DNA from: Paraspadella gotoi
Taxonomy: Eukaryota > Animalia > Chaetognatha
Direction: 5' to 3'
Assembly (NCBI GenBank): GCA_051294375.1
Contig: CM119269.1
Coordinates: 372,001 to 436,000 of the forward strand
DNA length: 64,000 nucleotides
The position numbers and the translations under genes are program-made. The notes beneath the pieces were generated by a model, which searched no databases, was not told the DNA's origin, and saw nothing but the letters and a program-made list of their open reading frames with translations. Below are positions 35,352 to 56,918 of the stretch, in pieces (position 1 is the stretch's first letter; each line of letters begins with the position of its first letter).

Positions 35352-36081
35352 ATGGTTCGCGTTTTAGTTTTTCTTTTCCTTTTGGGTAAGAATTTGAGAA
35401 AAGTTAAATTAATAAGTTAAATAAATTGTACAACTAAATTGAAAAATTACTTGTGATAAATGATTGTAACTGATGACTTCTGTCTGTTATTCTGTAGGAA
35501 CGACTTTTGCCCATGCTAATGGCTCCGAATACGGAATCAAGGATGTTTTGGAGAAATGTCTTAAGTTTTGTCCCAAGATCCATTCGCCAGTTTGCGATAA
35601 CGAAGGCATAACGCACAACAGTCAATGCGAATTTGAGATTCGCAAATGCGTTGCAAAAGAAACCAGCGGCAGAGATCTTCGCGTCGTTCATCCCGGAGTT
35701 TGTCTGGACAAAAGAAGTGGAATAAAGCCCGTCTTAGAAAAGTGTCTCAAGTTTTGTCCCAAAATCATGGCTCCCGTTTGCGACAATGAAGGCATTACGC
35801 ACTACAACAAATGTGAATTCGAAATCCGTCAATGTATCGCGAGAGAGACCAGCGGAAGAGAGATCAGATTGGTCCATCGCGGGGTCTGTTTGGACAAGAA
35901 GGGCATCAAGGACACGCTGGACAAATGCTTGAGAAATTGTCCAAAAGAAATGAGGCCGGTCTGTGACAACGAGGGAATTACCCACGCGAATCGATGCGTC
36001 TTTGAAATGAGACGATGCGTGAGAAGGGAAGAGACGGGAAATGAATTACGCGTCGTTAGAGATGGCGTGTGTCTCAACTGA
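35352..36081 (+). CDS. Secreted three-domain Kazal-type serine protease inhibitor
   Basis: Signal peptide MVRVLVFLFLL|GTTFAHA (exon 35352-35385, then 35498-36081); three C-x3-CPK-x3-PVC-x10-C-x6-C-x17-C repeats with P1 Lys. Confidence 0.92.
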
Positions 36082-36806
36082 GGTGAGACCTTCATTAAAT
36101 CATAAAAAAAAACAAATCAAAACTTATGATTATGAAATAATCCTATTTGAATACAAGTTAATTTTAATAAATCCTAAAATTAATCATTAATGACTTTATA
36201 GGAGGCGCAACTTGGACGGAACGACATTCAAGGAAAACAAATCCCAAATTTAAAGTTGAATTAAATTAATTAAAGTTTAGTTTGTACTTAATTTGAACTA
36301 AAGCAAATTTTTGCTTGAAAAAAGCCAAAAACAAACGTGATTCACGTTCATCAAATTTATTTGATTATTATTATTTTAATATATAATTATTTTTATTATT
36401 ATAAAATAAATATTAATATGCAATTTAGATAATTGAGTGGACGGTGTCGTAAATTTCTCACCTTGGTTTCAAATTGTTTTACGCCATCTTGTTGAAATAA
36501 AAATAAGTCATATTTTCACAGATTTTCCGGCAGGCCAATCCGAAAAAGAGTTTTCGGATTCCGTGAGTCGGCGACTCGTGTCCCGGCACCGATTCGTGTC
36601 CCGACAATGACTCGCTCTCTCTCGTGTCCCGACAATGACTCGCTCTCTCTCGTTCTTCATTAATCACCGAAATGGTTCAACAATTTCCTTCGGCGATTTT
36701 CTGAGAGGTTTAGATTATTGCAGTAATAATTAGCGACACACAAACGTTTTCAGTGACTGTATAGTAGTGTATACATAGTGAAAAAAAAAATTAAATTAAC
36801 ATTGCG

Positions 36807-36900
36807 ATGATGAAGACTCGAAAAAGAGTCGAAACATGCCCGTTTAAAGAAATAAACTTTGTTGTTTGTAAACAAAAACAAACTTTGGTTTCTCTCTCAA
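36807..36900 (+). mobile_element. Degenerate hammerhead-containing pLTR remnant
   Basis: ATGATGA-A-GACTC GAAAAA GAGTC-GAAACATGCC followed by AATAAA. Confidence 0.6.
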
Positions 36901-37817
36901 GTGACTATATTAAAAAACTAATTTTGATCTGTGAAAACGTATTTGTTTATCTTAATGATAGATTGAACAATTTTTTTTTCTTCTCGGGTCACGTGACCTA
37001 AGAAGGGCCTTACCAGATTTTATCCCCTGATATCATAAAGGTCAGAGGCATGACCGCTTGTCTTCCGAGTCAAGTCTGGGTAACCTTCTATCAAGTCTCT
37101 AACCAAGTTTGATCTGCGTTTTTATCTAAAGAAAATAATAAGAAAGCGGGAGAAAACCCTGTAATAACAAAAGGTTGACTCTCTCATCCAAAAGCACCCT
37201 GTTTTTGATTTTAACCCATAAACTTCAACTTTAATCCATTCTATTAATTATTAAACTAATACCGAACTTAACTTAATTTACTAGCTAACATAAACCTTAA
37301 CCTTAAATGCTGACATCTGACTTATTTTTTTGGCGTGGTTCGAGTAGACGTCTGTTTAATGCCACTAGTGAGACCTTAAATTGGTACAAGAAGACAAATT
37401 GTATAAATTTTTAAAATATAAACCCTTTTTTTTTAATTTGATAATCGTAAAAGTTATTAATTTTAACTAATTATCTTAAAAAACCGAAACTAATGTTAAT
37501 TTTCGGTCTGAAATTTTGAAGACAGATTGATATTTCATACTCGTATTTAGAAAATAATACATAATGATAATGTAATGCATATGACACACACAAAAAAAAA
37601 CACCAAACAAACAAAAAATTTGCATCATTTTCGTTATCCAGAATACAATTTAAAGGTTATTGGTTATACAAAGTTACAAATGCAATATAAATTTGAATTT
37701 TTAATTATTTTTTTTTAATCCGTGAACATTCTCCTCTATGACATTTTTATATGAAATTGGTACAACCAATATAAAAATTATTATATATTATATATATATA
37801 TTATATATTATATATTA

Positions 37818-37920
37818 TTTAATGAAAATTGGTTTTTAATGCAACAACGATTTTATTTATCCAAAATAAAATCGTTGTTGCATAAAAAACCATTTTCGTT
37901 AAATCTCAAACACAACGAAA
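37818..37920. repeat. Fold-back repeat with the AAACACAACGAAA tail shared with the 28463-28660 element
   Basis: Arms 37818-37858 and 37863-37903. Confidence 0.7.
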
Positions 37921-38052
37921 TGAAAGGATAATATCGGACATTTTTATAAATAAAACCGTAACACATTTTCTGCTAAGTCAAACCAGGTTTCTGAGTTTTT
38001 TCACTTCTTCTGAGGACTCGTGTCCCGGCAACGACTCGCTCTCTGTCTTTCT

Positions 38053-39091
38053 TCATCGGCGACCAATCTGATTCAATAATTTCCTGCGGCGATTTTCATC
38101 GATGTCTTTCTGAACGGATTTGTCAAGGAGACTCCTGTGAAAAAAAAGGGAAAGAGGAAAGGAAAGGAAAGGAAAGGAAAGGAAAGGAAAAGAGAGGAAA
38201 GGAAAGGAAAGGAAAAGAAATGAAAGGAAAAGAGAGGAAAAGAAATGAAAATAAAATAAATGAAGGGAAAAGATAGGAGGAAAGGAAAGGAATGGAAAGG
38301 AAAGGAAAGGAAAAGAGAGGAAAGGAATGTTATGGAATGGAAAGAAAATAAAAGCAAAGAAACGGAAAGGAAAGGAAAGGAATGGAATGGAAAGGAAAGG
38401 AAAGGAAAGGAAAGGAAAGGAAAGGAAAGGAAAGGAAAGGAAAGGAAAGGAATGGAAATGAAAAGAGGAAAGAGAAAAAAAGTACGGAAAAGAAAAGAAA
38501 AAAAAAGAAAAGAAAAAAGAGGAATAAAAGAAAGATAGAAGATAATAGAATAAGATAATAGAAGATAAAGATAAGAAGATAATAGAAGAAGAAAGGAAAA
38601 GAAAAGAGAAAAAAACAAGAGAAAAAAGAAAATAAAACAAAAGAGAGGAGAAAAAAGTGAAATCAAAAAGAGAAGAAGAAGAAAAAAAAAAGAAAAAATT
38701 AGAGAAGAAAAAAAAGAAGAGAGAAAAGAAAATAAAAAATAAAAGAAGAATAGATAAGAAAAGAAAATAAAAGAAAAAAGAAAAGAGAAAAGAAAAAAGG
38801 TTGAATAGACATTATAATTTAAAGTGACCTGACCCTCTAAAACCTGACCTGATTCTGTCCGTAGAGATCATAACGGAGAGAGGGATCTTTGCCTGCCTTC
38901 CTGTCCAGGATCCATCAATCCTCTTGTCCCAGGCGCCGATGTCTGTCGCGACGCCTGACGCCTGGCCGACGCCTGACGCCTGATCGATGCCGATCGAGGA
39001 TTCCATTCCGTTCGACCCTGAAGAGAAAAAAGGAATCAGTGGGGAGAGAAGACGATGATAGATTTACTTATTTACTTTCTCTCTCTTTCTC

Positions 39092-39137
<46 letters not shown>

Positions 39138-39705
39138 TCTCTTTCTTCTCTCTCTCTCTCCTTCCTCTCTCTCTTTCTTCCTCTTTCGCTCTCTCTCTTC
39201 TTCCTCTTTCGCTCCTCTCTCTCTCTCTCTCTCTCTCTTACCCCTCGTCATCCTTCGTAGGTATTCTTCGCAGTTCCTCCTTCTCGGTGATGCTTTGCAG
39301 AGAGACACGCCCTTCGCCAACGCGGCCCAGAGAGCGTCCGCCGCACGCTTTAGGTTTGAGGTGGAAAGAGAGCTTTAAATTGATTGCTCTGATAAGTTCA
39401 AGTCTGAAATATTATAATATATTACTAGCCATCAAAATAAAATAGCTTGCGCAAAATTCACGGGCACGACGGCTTATTCATTGAATGAACAGATGAATTG
39501 ATAATTTTACTTTGGTTGTTTTTATAACAAACTTCTCGAACGAACAATGTATAGAAAAACACATGAACAAAAATGAACAAACCTCCCTGATATCTTCTTC
39601 TTCCTGCGCCGCAAAGCCTGGGACGGCAGAAGAGCTCAGCACCGCGGGCACCGCAAAGGATGACAACGTGACGAGGAGGAGGAGGCGAAGAAGGAGGAGA
39701 GACAT
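38053..39705 (-). CDS. Possible secreted (neuro)peptide precursor; exon structure uncertain
   Basis: Signal peptide MSLLLLRLLLLVTLSSFAVPAVLS; GC-rich exon-like blocks ~39370-39243, 39017-38895 and 38134-38053 with KR, RRR, GR and GRR sites; TATAAATA on the minus strand at 40731-40738. Confidence 0.4.
38140..38800. repeat. (GGAAA)n and GA-rich low-complexity tract
   Basis: Seen directly. Confidence 0.9.
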
Positions 39706-39999
39706 CGCCGTCTTCAAATGACAATTTGAAAATAAGAAAAACAAAGAAAATTTATTGGAACCCAGTGTTCGAGGGGGGTCAGGGGGGGTAAAAGGCTGAT
39801 ATCATAACGTTTGGTCCTTCAATCTCCCCCGATTCCAAAAATGTAATTCTTTCTTCTCTAGTCCAATGGGAAAGTGGTCAAAAAATTCGATGTTGTCAGC
39901 TCGCCTATTTTTGTTTAAAAATTCGGTAAGGGGCAAATCTTTTCTAAGTTTCGATTTTTTTTTTGTTTCCAACTTTACACTAAAAATTAATTCTTGAAA

Positions 40000-40490
40000 T
40001 CCGACAATGACGACAACGAACATAACAAAAAAGATGAAAAAGACAAAAACCAATAGAATAGAGATGACGAAAATGACGGCGAAGACGAAAANNNNNNNNN
40101 NAAAACAAAAACAACAAAACGTTGACGAAAATGATTACAAAGACGACAACAACAACAAAAACGATGATGAAAGCAACAACAGACGATGACAACAACGATG
40201 AAGGCGACAACGACGAAGATGACAACAATAACAACAACGACAAAAACAACGACGAAGACGACAACAAAAACATCAAAGACGATGACAACAATAACGATGA
40301 CAAAAACAAAAACGCCGAAAACGACAACGAAAAAGACGACAACGACGACGACGACAACGAAAACGACAACAAAGACGATGACGAAATCGACAGCAAAGAC
40401 GACGACGACCACAATGACGAAGAAGACGACAAAAGCGAAGGCGAAAACAACGACGAAAACGAAGGCGAAGACCATGACAAAAAAATTTGA
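40000..40490. repeat. Degenerate (GAC/AAC)n trinucleotide array
   Basis: Seen directly; produces spurious low-complexity ORFs in all frames. Confidence 0.85.
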
Positions 40491-41256
40491 CGAAGTAAAA
40501 GACAACAAAGAGTACGGTGTGGCAGGACATATACAAGACACAAGGTTGATTTTTTATTCTCTCAAAAAGTGAAAATCAATAACAAAGTGAATACTACGTC
40601 TGGTCTATATCATTTAAGTATTTAAACAGGGATTTCAACATGAAACCAAAGTGGATATTTATTTCACTAAGAACAAGCGCAAGACGGTGTCAGATTTGAG
40701 ACAGAGTGAATCAAAGTAGAAACAGAAACTATTTATAAAGGGTAAGTAGACGAAGCCAAAGGGACAACATGAGGACATGTTCGGGACATGGTAAAACAAA
40801 GGATAAGTCGTGAAGCCCGTTGGAGGGAGAGAGAGAGAGAGAGAGAAGGAGAGAGAGAGAGAGAGAATTTCTTGTTAGCTGTTGAGCTTGAAAGGTCGCG
40901 TGAACGAGGCTGCCACACATCCCCCCGCTGAGACTTCGACCCAGCGGAGAGAAGGCTATGAGAGTTGTTGATCATTGTCGTCGTCGGGTGGGTGCAGCAT
41001 CGATGGGAGGATGTTGCTCAGGTTAAGAACGGCCTCTGACTGACGCTGCACAATTCGTACGATCGAAGGCGAGGGTGGCGGCGGCGGAGGCACGATCGGT
41101 GGCGCCGCCTGAACTGAGTTGAGGCGAGGGCGTCCACGGCAGCAAAATAAAAAAGAGAGAGAAGAAAGAGAGAGAAAGAAAGAGAGAGAAAAACTCGGAA
41201 GAGAGAGTTTAAATTTAAGCAAGCAGCGGGGATTTAGTTGACTGTTGATTTGTTCA

Positions 41257-41287
<31 letters not shown>

Positions 41288-41498
41288 CTCGTTCTTTACT
41301 TCTTTCTCCAATGTCAAAAGATTCCAAAAAGAAAACGACGACGAAGACGACGACGAAAAAGATGAAGCCAAAAACGACGAAGACGAAAACGACGGTGAAG
41401 ATGACGGCAAAGACGAACTCAATAATATACTGTCAATGATTTTTTATTATAAATTTATTTACATAGTTGTAATACCTTTCTTTTCGTTGTTATTGTAT

Positions 41499-41710
41499 TA
41501 AAGGCAATTTGGTTTCCTCACCACTGACCACTATTCTTTCTCAACTCTGTGATGGAAACTTTGCCCTCTCTCCTCCACTCTCTCTCCTTCTTCACAAAAC
41601 TGTCTAACAATTACACAATTATTGACGTTGATGAAGGCTTGCATTCAAAGCCGCGAAACATGTATGTTTCTTTGAAATAAAAACTTGTAAACTGAAACCA
41701 AATTGCCTAT
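41499..41710 (+). mobile_element. pLTR remnant with degenerate hammerhead (41628-41665) and short inverted terminal copy
   Basis: TTGATGA-A-GGCTT..AAGCC-GC-GAAACATGTA, AATAAA, GAAACCAAATTGCCT; inverted AGGCAATTTGGTTTC at ~41502. Confidence 0.6.
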
Positions 41711-43877
41711 AAATTTATTATACGAAGTGAGATAGAGATGAGAGAGAAAGAAAAACATAATTATGATAAAATCAACATGCCATTTCAATTTTATTTTCAT
41801 TCAATTTTGAAATTCAGCCCTGAGGACGTATTTGCTGGTCGATTTGTAGGACCTCAAATGATCCAACAAAGACGAAGACGTCGATCTTTGTACGTTACCC
41901 TTGTGGCGTAGTACTGCTAGTAAGTTTTCTGTTTGAAAAAGTTGGTTAAGAATTAAATGTTATTCATCATTGTTTATTAACTTTTTAATAGGATTTCAGG
42001 GTCAAATTAGCCATATTATTGTTAGATATGTCCAGTCTTTTCCGTACGATGTTGTGTTCATCAATTTCCCGTCCTGGCGCACCTCGTACACTGATTATCT
42101 TTTTCCTCTCAAAAAAGAAAAAAAAGAAAAAAATCGGGAATGGTTACAAAATTATGGTATGAAAAAATTTTAACTCTAGTTTCTTTTAAAATCAAATCAT
42201 TAATTGGATCGAAATATACCTCAACATTTATACAAGTATGAGAAGAAGGGAAGCGCTCTTTATCTCTCCTAAAATTAAATCTGTTGCAAACTACAGTCAA
42301 CGGAAACCGGAAAGATATCACATAGGGCATGAGAAAAGTTTACCAAATGAAATGACATCCTTGTTCGCATTTTAAGAGGGATTTGACCTTTTTTTCTGTC
42401 CTTTCCTGTGTGTGTATGAAGGAGATGATATCACTATTAAAATTCCTTTATCAGAGGAGGCCCAGACGCAAGAATTCAGCTTTCTGCATTTAAATATAAA
42501 AATTCGAAATTCATGGAAAAATGACTTCCCAAGTGAAAGTAAGAGAATGGAGGGTATCAGTATTTAGATCAATTAAAAAATTTTCCAATAAATATCTCGT
42601 CCTTGTTCGCACTGCAACAAGGAGATGGGAATTTTTTCTCCACTTTCCCGCGCAAAGAAAAATTAATGACTATCACCATTCGAATTCCTTTAATGATAGA
42701 CCCTTAAGCTTATGATATCATTTTTATCACCGAGAGAAAATAGTTCGTAAAACAATTTCGAGACAAAACATAGAAAATCGAAGCAAAGTTTTCGAAAATG
42801 ACTTTTATTTTAAAAATATACGTAAAATTTGAAGAAAAAAAAAGAAAGGAGGTGATAGTTTAATTTAATTGTTTAATTTAAATAGTATACCGCAAAGGAC
42901 GGCGCGAGGGCCGAAGGTGCGAGGCAGATATTTGGGCGTGGCAGATTTGCAAGAGAAGCAGAAAGAAAAAGCTGCGTTGGCACCGACTTCAATTGGAGGT
43001 AAAGTTGAAAAACGAATCGACGTCCGTTATATAAGCGAAGGCGTCGTCGTTGTCGTCGTCGTCATATCCATCGTTGGCGGCCATTTTCCTTTTTTTCCGC
43101 TCGATTTAACCAAAAACCAAAATAGATTTGTTTTCTCGAACGAATGAATTTTTCAAAAAATTCGTAAAGAGTCGTTAATCAGAGAAAAACATAACTGATA
43201 AGCCTAAACTTTGTTTAATTTTTTTCGAGGGCTTAGGGAGTTTGAGACTAGTATATTTTCTATACCATACTTTATACATTTATCCAATGAAAGCCGTTCT
43301 TAAAAATAAATATCCACTTCATTGATGAGGATGAAGGCAAGATAGCTTATTTGTTAAATGAATGAATAATTTTATATTCGTTATACCAATTACATAGACC
43401 GTCTAATTAAAATAGCTAATTAAATAGCTGACTACATTTTGCGGAGTGTGTCTTTGTATCTTTGTGCGAAAGCAAGATTGAGAAAATACTGGAAAAAACA
43501 AACAATATAATCATAGACATACAATGGTATATCAAAATGATGAATACGAAAGAAAGAGTATGGTACAAATGATTTTGGCGCAATACCATTTTGCTTTTTA
43601 AATGGAAATATTAATCTAACCGTTAATAGGAAAAGACTAGGATTGTAAGAAAGTAATAGTAACTGCTTTCAATGACTAGTTAAATGAGGGGGGGAGATAA
43701 TTGTACAAAAATGAACAACATATTGGGTCAGAAAATCAACGCAACAGAAAGTCTCTGGTGGCCGTTCTAAGTATTTGGCAGAAAAACTCAAATCTGAGTT
43801 CTTAACTTTTATCCTTTACAGAAAAAATGGAGACCTCGACAATTCATTGTAAGTGTTTTGGCGGAGAGTGAGTGAGT

Positions 43878-43930
<53 letters not shown>

Positions 43931-44639
43931 TTAAAATACAACAGAAGATAAAATATGGTGAAAAATAACCAACAAAGTAAAAAAGTACTGGTATCGTTTA
44001 TATATACAAGTTTCAACCTGTAAAAAAATAAACAAGGAAAAATAAAATGCACTAATCACTGCAAACATAAATTGATAAAAAAGGGATTCAATTCACGGAG
44101 GTAGTTTCGGGAGATTCATGCAGCGGGTCTTGGTGTCACTTAAAATTAAAAGAGACCACATTTTTACACACGTGATCGATAAAAAAAACCGAAGTCATAA
44201 TAATGAAAAATAAGAACTAACTCTAAAAAAATTGGCACTGATAAAAATTTGCACGGGTGTTGTTTTTTATATATTTTTTTTGGTATTGCTGTAGCTTCCT
44301 GATTTAAAATATAAAAGGTCAGGTTCCTAAAAAGAAGGTTTATGTTTCAAAAAGGTAAAAAGGATAAGCGAATTAAAGGAGGAAAACAAAAGGAGAAAGA
44401 GAAGAAAAGAGAGGAAAGAAAAGAAAAAATAAGAGAAGAAAAGGAAAAAGAAAAAAATAAGGAAAGAAAAAACGGTAAAAATAAGAAAAACAAAAAAAGG
44501 AAACAAAAAAACAACGTCGGATCTGCCCAAGATATATAAGCTGTAATCAATTAATCAGATGATACATTACAATATTTTTTTTCAATTTGCGATCTTAACA
44601 GAAAAAAATCTTAAAAGCATAAGGAATCGAGCCTACTTT

Positions 44640-44855
44640 TGATGATACCAAATATTGATCGCATGATAATCAAATATTGATGCGATGATAACCAATAATT
44701 GATGCGATGATAATAAAATAACTGATGTGATGATAATCAAATGATTGATGCGATGATAGTCATTCATTGATGTGATGATAATCATTTCATTGATGATGAT
44801 AATCATTCATTGATGCGATGATAGTCATTCATTGACGCGATGAGTCATTCATCGT
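44640..44855. repeat. About 21-bp minisatellite (TTGATGCGATGATAATCANNN)n
   Basis: About 9 degenerate units. Confidence 0.85.
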
Positions 44856-44884
44856 AAATAAAACAAACAAATGCGTGTATGAAT

Positions 44885-44936
<52 letters not shown>

Positions 44937-45862
44937 AGTGAGAGAGGCTGGTCGAGTTTTCACTCTCGTTTATATAAAGTATAATCAGAGCTGGACCGCC
45001 TGCAGAGCTGAACTCGTTTTTTCGACGTATCTGAGTAGGGACGAACTCTTTTCCTTTCCTTTGAATGAAATTTTAGATTGTTCTTTTTTTTAAGAAAGAA
45101 CCAGACCGAGGTCAAATTTCATATTTGCATATTTAACTATAATTTATAAATATTTATCCCAACTCAAATAATTATTATTTTAAAAAAGAATAAAAATGAT
45201 TAATATATACACTAAAAAAAATTTACAATTTTAAAATTGTAAAAATTATTAGAATAACAAAAAAGTAATGTTTAATTTGACAATATCTCTCTTCTCAACT
45301 CCTATTTTAGATATAATTTGCCAATAGTGGGCGACGCGGTCCAAAGTTACAGTAATAAACAAAAACAAAAAAAATTTTTTTGTTGAAAGTTATATATGTA
45401 ATTAAATTAATCCGCGCAATTGCCGGACATATAGCAGCTATATGTACAGGCAGCAAGCTGATGTACATGTGACTTTGCCTGCATTATAAGTTATTTTTCC
45501 TTTTTTCTAAAAGGAATCCATTAAAATCTCGATGTAAATTTGGGATTTTGTATAGAGAAAAAAAAATAAATGGCGATAATAAAAGTTTTTAGAAGGAAAA
45601 AAATAATAAGAATTTTTCAAAAAACGAACGGGTCGTACATAGAGAGAGAGAAGAGAGAGAGAGAGAGAAGAGAGTGAAAAAAAAGTGACTAAAAATTTTG
45701 TTTTTTAAAAAAAAAGAGAGAGAGAGAGAGAGATAGAGAGAGCCGGAACTCGTTTACTCGTCGCGCAGTGACGGAGGTAAAAAAAAGGTGACTAAAAATT
45801 ATTTTTGTACAAAAAAAAGAGATAGAGAAGAGAAAGGAGAGAGAGAGACAGATAGAGAGAAA

Positions 45863-45909
<47 letters not shown>

Positions 45910-46038
45910 AGAGCCGGAACACGTGTTTACTCGTTTACAAGTGAATAAATTTTTTTTTGTAAAAAAAAAAAGAGAGAGAGAGTGAGAGAGAGAGAGAGAG
46001 AGAAGAGAGAGAAAGAGAGAGAGAAGAGAGAGAGAGAA

Positions 46039-46082
<44 letters not shown>

Positions 46083-46360
46083 AGAGAAAGTTTTCCCGCC
46101 AACGATACGCAATATTAGGTCACTCTTGTTTATATCGGCGTGATCTCGGTCAAGTTGATTTTTTTTATACACGTAACGCGTTATTAGGTCATGTTCCTCG
46201 AATTGTTTATTCGTTGCCCCGCAACGGCACGAAATCCAGGTGAAGTTAGTTATTCTTCACATTTTTCAAAAAAATCCACGAAAATCTCAGATGTAAATTT
46301 GGGATTTTGTATTGAGAAAAAAAAGCGCGGAATAAGATAAGAGAGAGAAGAAAACGACGA

Positions 46361-46391
<31 letters not shown>

Positions 46392-47149
46392 CGGAGGGAG
46401 ACGGAGGGAAGAGAGAGAGAGAGCCTGAATCGTTTTTTTTTTTTAAAACGATTCAGAAAAGGCAGCGCCTGATCAAATATATATGTTTTAGAAAGAAAAA
46501 AATAATCAGAATTTTTCAAAAAACGAACGATCACGCAAGAGATCGCACACAAAGAGAGACAGAGAGAAACTGAACTCGTTTTTAAACGATTCAGAAAAGG
46601 CAGCGCCTAAAAAATATATATATAATAAAAAATAAATAAAAGAAAGGTAAAAAATGTTACAATGGTTTACAATTGGAAACTTTTCCATTTTTTTCCAATC
46701 GCGCAGCTTGTAAAAGATTTTATTTTTATTTGTATTAAAATTAAGATATAGCTTCTCATTAAAAAAATCCTTTGAGTTCCCATTTTTATTAGAAATTTAA
46801 AAAAATTTTTTTGAATTTCATCTTCAATATTATATACTGCAATATGTAAATTAGCTTAAAGCATTTCTAATATACTAATTTGGATATTATAATGAGTACT
46901 ATAATCTCATTTGCATATTGCAGTAAATCATAATGAAGTGGAAATTCAAACAAAAAATACTTAAACCAAAATGTAATATGAAAATATCACAGCTATTTCA
47001 AGATGAAAAGCCATATCTAAATTTTTAACTTACTATGATCGCACCCTTTGTTAAAACTTTATCATAATTCAATAATTTTTATTTAAAAAAAACGGTAAGT
47101 CACAGCCAACCTATAAAAGCGTAGTAGTTTTTATTTATATGAAACAGCG

Positions 47150-47240
47150 TGACCACGACGACGACGACGACGACGCCACAAAGAAGCAACCCTAAAACAT
47201 TATAGAGCCTTGACCCGGCTTCGCCGGTCAAGGCTCGATA
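47150..47240 (+). mobile_element. Probable 3' end of a Helentron/DINE-like non-autonomous element
   Basis: (ACG)n microsatellite followed by the GC-rich hairpin GAGCCTTGACCCGGC-TTC-GCCGGTCAAGGCTC (47205-47236) in AT-rich flanks. Confidence 0.45.
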
Positions 47241-47867
47241 ATAAAAAATCGTAACAACAAATCATAACAAACTTCTTAATAAATCTAAGTAAAAATCTAA
47301 AAATCAATCGATCAATCAATCAACCAATCATCAATCTATACATCCAATAACTAGTAAGTAAAATTTAATATCAATGGTAGACGGACGGACGGACGGACGG
47401 ACTGAAAAAAATATTTAATGCTACTATGATAGTAATAAAAAACTATGATTGAATAATAATGATTCATTGAGTTTTAGTAGAGCTAAAATAGAGAGAGAGA
47501 GAGAGATAGATATATATATATATATATTACAGATCATAACATACGATCCTCTCACGATTATCACTTCACGATTATCACTTCACGATTCACCCTTTTTAAT
47601 TTATTATTTTCAATTCTTGATTAGAAAAATAATTTTAAAAAATTAATAAAGAGACTTTCCTACCCACACAAAATTTCTTCTCAATCCATCCATCCAATTA
47701 TAATGACGGACAGACGGATGGATTTAAGTGAATGACCGACAATTTTGTAAGGGTGGACCGATGGACCGACAATGTGAATTGTAGATCTGATAAGCAGATC
47801 CGACTAAAAAGTAAAGGAGAAAACTGAAAAAGTAAGTGAATCTGGAAAAGTAAAAAGTGAACTTTCC

Positions 47868-55831
<7,964 letters not shown>

Positions 55832-56918
55832 ATCTGTGAATGAGGAGTGAGACCACGAGGGGGAGGACTACATGAGATTGGTCGAATTTAAACATACGAG
55901 ATGAGACTCAGCAAATGTTATTTTTATAATTTATCTCTTACTCAACTATTGACTAATATGATTTATAGTATTACTTGCGTTATGATCATTTCATATGTAC
56001 GCGAAACGGACATACTGACTTACGCAAACAGACTCACCGAAAACATTGAATATTACGCTTAAGAAGTTTATAAATCTGTTTTTATTGTTTATTTTCTCCC
56101 CCGCTTTTTTTTCAGTTTAAGGGGGGGATTTTCTCCTGGCCGCGCGGTGACGGACCCGTATCATTCTCGCGTCCATTTCGATGTTTTAGGTCCAAAAAAG
56201 TCCGTCCGTTCGTCGGCTTCCATAATATTAGTCAATATTCGAAAGCGACTCGTAACACGTTGTTGCGAATTCGTTAAATAGATTTTGTATAAAAGAGATA
56301 ATTTGGTTTTTCTTAAAAATCTCAGAATTAAAAATCCAGGAAAGCCTCAGCAAATTGTCTCGCTCTCTCTCTCGGCCTCCGCTGCAGAAGATGAAGAGAT
56401 TCCGTCCGTCGACGACAGAGGGCGACAACGATAGAGACGACGAAAAGGGAAATGAAAATCGAACAAAAGAACAGATGATGTTAACACTTTTTTGTTTAAT
56501 TGTATTAAAAATCGTTGTGTATCTTAATGTTATTTTTAATCTTCATATTTTATAGAAATTAAATTTTTTGTCCTCTCTTTATTTCCTACATTAGACTAAA
56601 AATCTTAAGATATCAGTTATCTGTAGAGTTTCAATTATTCAAATTTTCTTTTTTCCGAAAGTAAAACTTTTTCAGTATTTAAGGTAATGAGTTTTTGCAA
56701 TACTACATAAGCTTATTGTATTAAACTAAAAAATTCTTGTAACAAAAAAAAAGAAGGATAGTTTTTTTAACCAAACAACAATATAATTTTATTGGCTACA
56801 TTTTACAGATAAGAGTTATTAATAAATGATTAATAAAAATAATCAGTCCAAGATCCATGTTAATAGATTAGATTAATATTTACAAATAGTCCCAGTGATA
56901 AAATGTTATTCCCAGGTG

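Noticed and set aside
38053-38666. Long F/L/S-rich ORFs (also 44327-44550, 53860-54573 N-terminal part)
   Set aside because: Translations of (GGAAA)n and (GAAA)n intronic tracts
39980-40572. Asp/Asn-rich or Thr/Lys-rich ORFs suggesting a biomineralisation protein
   Set aside because: Degenerate trinucleotide array open in all frames, no signal peptide or splice context; similar tract at 41330-41420
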